Assembly (NCBI GenBank): GCA_034676805.1
Contig: JAXDDO010000001.1
Coordinates: forward strand, 4,758 to 68,757
Length of the DNA stretch: 64,000 nucleotides
Reading direction: 5' to 3'
Source: Anaerolineae bacterium
GTDB taxonomy: Bacteria; Chloroflexota; Anaerolineae; B4-G1; SLSP01
The notes beneath the pieces are model-generated. The model did not search any database and was not told where the DNA came from. It saw only the letters and a list, made by a program, of their open reading frames with translations. Shown one piece after another: positions 26,459 through 32,859 of this stretch. The position numbers were made by a program, and so were the translations under genes. Positions within the stretch are counted from its first letter, which is position 1; each line of letters starts with the position of its first letter.

Positions 26459-28459
26459 TCAGGGCTGCGCCAGATCTGGGTACTCGGCCTTGACCAAAGC
26501 AGCCGGGGGCACTTCAAGGAGCGTCAGCAGGTCGCTGATGAGCGCGGCCTTACGCTCGGCGTCCTGCCGTGACCAGGTGCGGCTCTTGATCTCCAGAAAC
26601 GTGTGGCCATCGATGGGCTTCGTGATACGGTCGAAGTTCAGGGCAAGATCTGTTCCGCCAAAGCGGAAGTGGAACCGGCGGCGAGATTTGTGCACCTCCA
26701 CCGTCCGCTGCGGCCTGAAGTACTCGTGATAGAAGCGCAGACTGCGGGTGGCGGGTGCGTCGAACCGCGACTGCGAAAGCAGGACCGAGTTCTCGAACTC
26801 CCGCTCCTTGGCCATGCTGGTCAGGGTCAGGCGGTAGATCACGTCGATGATCTCGCCAGTGTCCAGGTTGACAACTTCATCCTCACGGTAGCGCAGACGA
26901 CTGCCCCAGCGATCATCGAAAATGAAGTAGGTGTCATACTGGTGTCGCTCGGATCCTCGCACGAATCTGACCTCGGACAGGCGCTTTAGTCGCGATTCGA
27001 GGATCTCCAGGTCGACGTCTTTGACCTTGACCTGTATCTCAAAGCTCTTTTCCTGGGCAACGCCGCCGATCGCGACCAGCTTGCTGAGCACACTCTCCTC
27101 GCGCTGGATCAGGAAGCGGTCGATCCTGCCTGCCAGCTCGTCGGCCTCTGCCCGCAGCGAAGCGACATCGACGGTGAGGAGTTGGCGGCCTCGCATCAAC
27201 CACTCGCCGTTGACCATCACATCGTGGACATCGCCCTGGTGTGAGGCGTAGAGCAGGCGCGAGTAGAGGCTGTTTGGGTCGCGCTGGAAGGCTGGCGCAT
27301 GGTGTACGCCGTCCAGCGAGACCGAAATCAGATCCGCGCGTTTGCCTGGCTCCAGCGAACCGGTCAGTGCATCGACGTGCAACGCCCGTGCGCCCATAAT
27401 CGTAGCCATCTCGATCACTGTGCGTGCCGGCAGCGCCGTTGGGTCCATGGTGGCGATCTTGCCCAGGAAGCTCGCCAACCGCATCTCCTCGATCATATCG
27501 AGGTCGTTATTGCTGCCCGCGCCGTCGGTCCCGATGCCCACATTGAGTCCCAGTTCCAGCATCCGCGATACGGGCGCGATGCCGCTGGCTAGCTTCATGT
27601 TGCTGCTCGGGTTGTGCGCGATGCCGACGTTGTAATGGAGCAATGTGCGCATTTCACCGTCGTCGAGGTGGACGCAATGGGCTGCGGTTGTCTTGGCCTC
27701 GAACACCCCCAGCTTCTTCAGCCACGGAACAGGTGGCATGGCGTGCAGCTTGCGGTGTTCCTCGACCTCCGAGGCCGTTTCTGCAATGTGGATGTGGAGC
27801 GGGACATCGAACTCCAGCGCCATCTCAACGGCATCCTCGAGAAGCTCGGGTGTGACGGTGTACGGTGCGTGGGGTGCGATGCTGGGCACGATCAGGGCAT
27901 GGTCCTTCCAACGCGCGATGTAGTCCCGGCAGCGAGCCAGGCCTTCCTCATAGCTGCTGGAGTCGGGTGTGGGGAACTTCATCACGCTCTGCGAGCAAAC
28001 GGCGCGCAACCCGGCCTGGACGGTCGCATCGGCAACCGCCTCCTCGAAGTAATACATGTCGGCGAAGGTCGTCGTCCCGGAGCGGATCATCTCTGCGGCT
28101 GCCAATTGGGTGCCTAGCCAGCAGAAGTGGGGCGTCACGAATTCGCTTTCGACGGGCATCATATAGCCCATGAGCCAGACATCGAGCCGGAGGTCATCCG
28201 CCAGGGCCCGTAGCAGCGTCATAGGCGCGTGTCCGTGGGTATTGATGAGCCCGGGCATCAGCACAGCGTTGCCACAGTCGACCCGTTGTTCAGCGCCATA
28301 GGCAGCTAGAATAGTCTCCTGTTCTCCCACAGCGACGATGGTATCTCCTGCCACGGCGATGGCGCCCGGCGAGTGGATCTCGTACGTGGCGTTCATCGTC
28401 AGTACAAGATCCGCCGTGATGAGCACATCGGCTTTGCCTTGTTCTTCGCGCCCAGCCAT
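26459..28459 (-). CDS. Fusion protein: MtaD-like amidohydrolase (MTA/SAH/adenosine-type deaminase) plus C-terminal CYTH (CyaB/ThTPase-like) domain
   Basis: ORF 26459..28549, trimmed to ATG 28459 (GTGGAGGTAACCTG-ATG). Deaminase motifs: PGLINTHGHAPMT, HIHIAET, HCVHL, GTDGAGSNN. The CYTH part covers about 26462-27043: FEIQVKVK..., QYDTYF, LRYRE, TFLEIK. Confidence 0.8.
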   Translation of the reverse strand: MAGREEQGKADVLITADLVLTMNATYEIHSPGAIAVAGDTIVAVGEQETILAAYGAEQRVDCGNAVLMPGLINTHGHAPMTLLRALADDLRLDVWLMGYMMPVESEFVTPHFCWLGTQLAAAEMIRSGTTTFADMYYFEEAVADATVQAGLRAVCSQSVMKFPTPDSSSYEEGLARCRDYIARWKDHALIVPSIAPHAPYTVTPELLEDAVEMALEFDVPLHIHIAETASEVEEHRKLHAMPPVPWLKKLGVFEAKTTAAHCVHLDDGEMRTLLHYNVGIAHNPSSNMKLASGIAPVSRMLELGLNVGIGTDGAGSNNDLDMIEEMRLASFLGKIATMDPTALPARTVIEMATIMGARALHVDALTGSLEPGKRADLISVSLDGVHHAPAFQRDPNSLYSRLLYASHQGDVHDVMVNGEWLMRGRQLLTVDVASLRAEADELAGRIDRFLIQREESVLSKLVAIGGVAQEKSFEIQVKVKDVDLEILESRLKRLSEVRFVRGSERHQYDTYFIFDDRWGSRLRYREDEVVNLDTGEIIDVIYRLTLTSMAKEREFENSVLLSQSRFDAPATRSLRFYHEYFRPQRTVEVHKSRRRFHFRFGGTDLALNFDRITKPIDGHTFLEIKSRTWSRQDAERKAALISDLLTLLEVPPAALVKAEYPDLAQP

Positions 28460-28548
28460 CAGGTTACCTCCACGACTTTGCTCGTGACGACCACCGGTGC
28501 TCCGCGCCGGATGAAGCGTTTCCGCACCGCGCCAGGCATCTCCAGACA

Positions 28549-28577
28549 ATTCTACCCTCCGGACGTGGTTTCGCCAA
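28549..28577 (-). promoter_or_regulatory. Sigma-70-like promoter candidate for the MtaD-CYTH gene
   Basis: On the minus strand: TTGGCG (28577-28572), 17-nt spacer, TAGAAT (28554-28549). Confidence 0.45.
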
Positions 28578-28681
28578 GATCATGCCTGGGTCGCACCGAT
28601 ACCTACAGCGCCGAACTGAGGGCAGTTCCCATGCGGGGCCAACACCTGCGCTCCGCCAGCCTGACGCCCTCGCTGCATGGC

Positions 28682-29227
28682 TCAGGCAAAGGTCATCTGG
28701 AGCCCCTTCTCCGTGACGACGTATGTGGCATAGATGAGGTCGTTGACCGCTGCTTCGCCTGGAGGGCTGTCTCGTGAAACCGGCTCCAGCACCCGCGGCA
28801 GAAGCTCGGGCAGGTCCTCGACCAAAGGCAGGGCAGATATGGCCTGCTCCACGCCGGCGTCGAGCGGGATCCACACGGGGGTCCCTTCCTCTGAAGGAAC
28901 CGGCTCTCCGGGGCCAGCTTCGCCAGCAAAGACGAACAGCAAAACGCCCGGTGGCTCTGGCAAGGTCACGTGCACGAGCGCCCGTAAGGCAAGCTCGGGC
29001 GCCGTCAGGCCCACCTCCTCACGCAGCTCCCGGCGCGCCGACTGGATGGGCGATTCACCCGGCTCCAGATGGCCCCCGATGCCGTTGTATTTCCCGGCCC
29101 AGAGCCGCTTGGTGGGGCTGCCGCGCAATAGCAGGAGCCGGTTGCCTCGCGTGAGGAAGATGAGGGTGCGCGCCTCCACAGTATAGCGTGGCGCACCGGG
29201 GCGTTGATCCTCAGGTCGCATACGCAT
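28682..29227 (-). CDS. NUDIX hydrolase
   Basis: Nudix box GGHLEPGESPIQSARRELREEVGL. The start overlaps the upstream gene by 17 nt. Confidence 0.88.
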   Translation of the reverse strand: MRMRPEDQRPGAPRYTVEARTLIFLTRGNRLLLLRGSPTKRLWAGKYNGIGGHLEPGESPIQSARRELREEVGLTAPELALRALVHVTLPEPPGVLLFVFAGEAGPGEPVPSEEGTPVWIPLDAGVEQAISALPLVEDLPELLPRVLEPVSRDSPPGEAAVNDLIYATYVVTEKGLQMTFA

Positions 29228-30209
29228 TGTCTCCGTAGGTCAACATCAAGCTGTGAACCGCCTCGAAGGTTAGCCAGCGGCTGGGCTGGAGGACGCGCTC
29301 CTCTGAGAGGGCTGGGGTCGTCTTCATCTTGCTCCAGCGGCCCAGTGAGTCCTGAAGCGCTAACATCCGCCGCAGGATCGCTTGGGCTCGCGGATGATCG
29401 CGCGCCGGGGTGTGCGCCAATACGTGACAGAGTTCGATGATGTCCGCGTCGTAGTAGCGTGGGAATCTGGGAAGCAGCCAGTCGGCGTCTTCTCCCTCCC
29501 ACGCATAGTCATGTTTGAGGAGGTAGTCGCACAGAATCTCGATGGCCTTTGCATCGCGATCGGTGGGCTGAGTCTCGTTGCGGTGGATCAGTGCGCCGAG
29601 CGCCTTCACCGCACCTGCGCGGCAGGCTCGATCTGCCAATGCGCAGCCCAGATGGTCGGGGGCGCTGCCGAATGCGGTCAGCATGACATTCCACGCGTCG
29701 AGCGCACCGGGGTCGTCGCCGTAGCCGAAATGCGTCAGCACCTGCAGGGCGATCCCGTTGAAGGACAACCACGGCGCGGCGGACACATCCTGAGGTGCGA
29801 AATAGCCCTCTGAGTGCCTGCCCCTGGTCAGGAGGTTCTCGCACGCCGAGGCGATCTCTGAACGCCGCGGCACACCCAGTTGGGCGAAGAGGTAGAGCGT
29901 CCCGAAGTTCCCAACGGGGCCGCCGAAGTATGGGTTATCGCTGCGTCCCCAGAAGTTGATAGAGTCCCAGTGGCGCCGCAGCGCGGCAACGGGTTTCCAG
30001 TCGAGGAGGCGTTGCTGATCTTCGGCGAGCTCTGTGGGTCCGCGCTTGAAGATGTGCTTGAGCGCCAAGACGCGGACGGATGGATTGCCGGGATCCAGCA
30101 ACCATGGGACCGGATCACGCGCGACCAATTCCATCCAGCGGCTGCCCGGGCGCGACGCGGCGCTGGTCAGGCCCGGACTTGCGGGGCGGGGGTCAGAGCT
30201 TGTACCCAA
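29211..30209 (-). CDS. Uncharacterised protein, possibly alpha/alpha-toroid (prenyltransferase/squalene-oxidase-repeat-like)
   Basis: Coding-like ORF with TTG start 30209 (alternative ATG 30134). N-terminal WLLDPGNPSVRVLALKHI and a late LALQDSLGRWS (L..Q..G.W repeat style). No confident family assignment. Confidence 0.55.
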   Translation of the reverse strand: MGTSSDPRPASPGLTSAASRPGSRWMELVARDPVPWLLDPGNPSVRVLALKHIFKRGPTELAEDQQRLLDWKPVAALRRHWDSINFWGRSDNPYFGGPVGNFGTLYLFAQLGVPRRSEIASACENLLTRGRHSEGYFAPQDVSAAPWLSFNGIALQVLTHFGYGDDPGALDAWNVMLTAFGSAPDHLGCALADRACRAGAVKALGALIHRNETQPTDRDAKAIEILCDYLLKHDYAWEGEDADWLLPRFPRYYDADIIELCHVLAHTPARDHPRAQAILRRMLALQDSLGRWSKMKTTPALSEERVLQPSRWLTFEAVHSLMLTYGDNAYAT

Positions 30210-30684
30210 TCGCCCTCAAGAAACCTTTGCGCCAGTCAATACCGGCTTCGTCCTCGATGCCCTGCGTCTTGACCCCGTCGATCACGCCCAAGATACCCCG
30301 ACCTTGTTCGGTCTCTGCTAGAATGACTTCGACCGGGTTCGCGGTGGCGCAGAAGAGGGTGACCACCTCGGGCACAGCCTTGACTGCATTGAGCACGTTG
30401 ATGGGGTAGAAACCCTCGTTGAGGAAGATGATGAAGCTGTGTCCGGCGCTCAGAGCCATAGCGTTCTTCTTGGCCAGCTCGACCATGCCCTCGTCGGTGC
30501 CTGTCCAGCGAAGCAAGGCCTTCCCGGACGACTCGCAGAACGCCAGCCCGAACTTGATGCCGGGCACGGCTGTCACGAGTGCCTCGTGAAGGTCCTCGAC
30601 AGTCTTGATGAAGTGGGATTGGCCCAAGATGAAGTTGATGGCGTCGGGCTTTTCAATCGTCACGACTTTCAGTTCCAGAGCCAC
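30193..30684 (-). CDS. Adenosine-specific-kinase-like protein (PF04008 family, PAE2307-like)
   Basis: GTG start after AAAGGAGGG. Full-length resemblance to the family as I recall it (...FILGQSHFIKTVEDLHEALV...GLAFCESSG...FCATANPVEVI...GVIDG). Confidence 0.65.
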   Translation of the reverse strand: MALELKVVTIEKPDAINFILGQSHFIKTVEDLHEALVTAVPGIKFGLAFCESSGKALLRWTGTDEGMVELAKKNAMALSAGHSFIIFLNEGFYPINVLNAVKAVPEVVTLFCATANPVEVILAETEQGRGILGVIDGVKTQGIEDEAGIDWRKGFLRAIGYKL

Positions 30685-30750
30685 GGGTCCCTCCTTTGGG
30701 TCGGTAGATCCTGCGACATCATGTCATGGGGCAGATGCAACCCCCAAAAG

Positions 30751-31617
30751 CTAAGGCGTATCCTGTTCGCGATCGTCGCTCTCTGCCAGCGCCGTCACCG
30801 GCAAGCCGACTGCTTCGACGGCGCGCCGCAAGTCCGCAAGGGCCGTGGCAACCGCGACCCTGGCTTGCGAGAGCTCCGGCGCGCGTGCTGCCCCGATGAT
30901 TCTCAGACCCTCGCGGCTAGCAGCAGGAAAGGGCTGCGCCAGAGACTTGAGGTAGACGTGAGGATGGCGTGCACGCACAAGCTGGAGTGGTAGGGCTACC
31001 TCGGCCTCGTCGTCACAGTGAACACGCAGCCCATCTTCGAACCAAACTCCCAGTTCGTAGTGCTCGCGCAGCTCTGGCGCAATGCTCTGATCGAAGATGG
31101 CCTGCAGCTCCGCCGGCACGCCCGGCAACACATAGATCGCGGTCGCGCCGACCATCAGGCGCACGCCAGGAGCTGTCCCGATTGGGTTGGCCAAGGGGGT
31201 CGCGCCCTCGGGAAGGGTTGCCATCTTCTGCCGGGCGATCTCAGGTCCACGGTGCAACAGGTGTCCGCGGGCGATCAGTTGGTCGTAGTGGGCCTCCACC
31301 ATCGCACGTGCGGCGGCTGTGGCGGAGAGCGTACGCCCCAGGGCCTGTGCCAGGGCTTCCAGGGTCAGGTCATCCTGTGTGGGGCCGAGTCCCCCGCTGC
31401 AGATGAGCACGTCCGGATGGCGTTCGAGCAGATAGCGAAGCGCATCCGCGATCTGCAGGGGATCGTCTCTACAGATAACGGCCTGAGTGACGGTGAACCC
31501 GAGTTGGGTGAGCTTCTGGCTCAACGTGTGGAGATTGAGGTCGCGAATATCGCCGTTGAGCAGTTCGTTCCCGATTGCGAGCAGGCTAGATGTGGGCACG
31601 GTATGTGATGTTCCCAC
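30751..31617 (-). CDS. CinA-like / COG1058 molybdopterin-binding-fold protein, lacking the C-terminal PncC deamidase domain
   Basis: Motifs LLAIGNELLNGDIRDLN and ICSGGLGPTQDDLT. GTG start 31617 (alternative 31599), 11 nt after the response regulator stop. Confidence 0.75.
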   Translation of the reverse strand: MGTSHTVPTSSLLAIGNELLNGDIRDLNLHTLSQKLTQLGFTVTQAVICRDDPLQIADALRYLLERHPDVLICSGGLGPTQDDLTLEALAQALGRTLSATAAARAMVEAHYDQLIARGHLLHRGPEIARQKMATLPEGATPLANPIGTAPGVRLMVGATAIYVLPGVPAELQAIFDQSIAPELREHYELGVWFEDGLRVHCDDEAEVALPLQLVRARHPHVYLKSLAQPFPAASREGLRIIGAARAPELSQARVAVATALADLRRAVEAVGLPVTALAESDDREQDTP

Positions 31618-31628
31618 AGCGTAAGCCG

Positions 31629-32018
31629 CTAGGGCTGAAGCCCAAGGACCCCATTGACGGCAGTGCGCAATTCCTTCGGGCCAAAGGGCTTCGTTATGTA
31701 CACCTGCACCTTGGCGATGTGTTCACCAAGGACGCGATCGATCGGGGCATTCTGCGCCGTGATTACGATCACCGGTACATCCTGAAGCTGTTCATCCTGC
31801 TTCATCGCCTGATAGACAGCCCAGCCGCTCATGCCCGGCAGCATCAAGTCCAGCAGCACTAGCGCCGGCGGCATCTCGTGCATCAGTGCCAGTCCGGCGT
31901 CTCCATCGGTTGCGCCGACTATGTCGAAGCGATCTGTGCCCAGCACGACCGATACGAGATCGATCATGTCTGGATCATCCTCAATATAGACAATGCGAGC
32001 CCTGGTGGTTTCTTCCAC
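31629..32018 (-). CDS. Single-domain response regulator (CheY-like receiver)
   Basis: ORF 31629..32033. GTG 32018 is preferred (GGAGG 8 nt upstream). Motifs IEDDPD, LVLLDLMLP (acceptor Asp), VITA and TKPFGPKEL. Confidence 0.88.
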   Translation of the reverse strand: MEETTRARIVYIEDDPDMIDLVSVVLGTDRFDIVGATDGDAGLALMHEMPPALVLLDLMLPGMSGWAVYQAMKQDEQLQDVPVIVITAQNAPIDRVLGEHIAKVQVYITKPFGPKELRTAVNGVLGLQP

Positions 32019-32160
32019 GTGACACGCCTCCACCCACTATGCAGTAAGATAAACGAATGGCGCCGGGAAGAGCTTACCCCCAGCGCCAACTAAAGTCCAA
32101 GAGCCTGATGGTGGGCCGGCCTATGCCCGACTCGGGAGCGGCGACCGACTGAAACGCGCC

Positions 32161-32553
32161 TCACATTTCGATGTTCAGGACTTTCCTGACGCTGGCGAGC
32201 AGCTCCTGGGGCCCAAAGGGCTTCGTCACGTAGTCATCTACCTTTGCGATGTGCAGCCCCAAGACCTTGTCAATGCTTTGAGCTTTGGCGGTTACGACGA
32301 TCACCGGAATCTCACTCAGCTCCTCGTCGGCCTTCATCTGCTGGTAGACCTCCCAGCCATCCATGTCCGGCATCATCAGATCCAACAAGACCAAGTCGGG
32401 CTTGATCTTGCGCACCGTGCTCAAACCTTCACGACCTCCGACTGCCCCGATCAACTCGAAGTTCCGGCGACCCAAGATGAGCTTGATCAGCTCGATCATC
32501 TCGGGTTCATCTTCAATGCAGACGACTCTCAAGGGGTTCTCGGTCTCAGCCAT
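32161..32553 (-). CDS. Single-domain response regulator (CheY-like receiver), paralogue of the downstream one
   Basis: Motifs IEDEPE, LVLLDLMMP, VVTA and TKPFGPQEL. Confidence 0.9.
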   Translation of the reverse strand: MAETENPLRVVCIEDEPEMIELIKLILGRRNFELIGAVGGREGLSTVRKIKPDLVLLDLMMPDMDGWEVYQQMKADEELSEIPVIVVTAKAQSIDKVLGLHIAKVDDYVTKPFGPQELLASVRKVLNIEM

Positions 32554-32684
32554 GAAGTTCCTCCTGGATCGCGGTGCTCAATCTGCTGAGGCACGTCCCG
32601 ATCGTGCCCGCAGCTCAGGGAATCACGCTGTAAGGGATGTTGGGCGCGTTCAGCTTGCACGCCTGTCCTGAAATGGACAGCTTC

Positions 32685-32712
32685 AGTTTAGCATAACCCC
32701 CTTGGTTGTCAA
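32685..32712 (-). promoter_or_regulatory. Sigma-70-like promoter candidate for the first response regulator
   Basis: On the minus strand: TTGACA (32712-32707), 16-nt spacer, TAAACT (32690-32685). Confidence 0.45.
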
Positions 32713-32783
32713 CATCCAGGAATTCTATCGCAACTTCTCGATAAGTTTCATTGTGTCTTGCGTGCGGTCGAGGCGGTGTGCGG

Positions 32784-32811
32784 TTCCGCGGCGCACGAAG
32801 CGCTGTATAAT
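32784..32811 (+). promoter_or_regulatory. Promoter candidate for the S8 peptidase gene
   Basis: TATAAT at 32806-32811 with a weak -35 (TTCCGC, 32784-32789, 16-nt spacer). Confidence 0.35.
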
Positions 32812-32859
32812 CCCAGGACAGCGCCGCGAGTTCAGAGCGCGCAGGTAAGAAAGGGGCAT

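Noticed and set aside
28460-28681. Possible SAH or SAM riboswitch ahead of the MtaD-like gene. Fragments such as GGAGCGC ... GGCGCU are present.
   Set aside because: I could not reconstruct the conserved pseudoknot or helix arrangement of any riboswitch class I know. In such GC-rich sequence short matches are expected by chance. It is kept only as a low-interest 'unexplained leader' finding.
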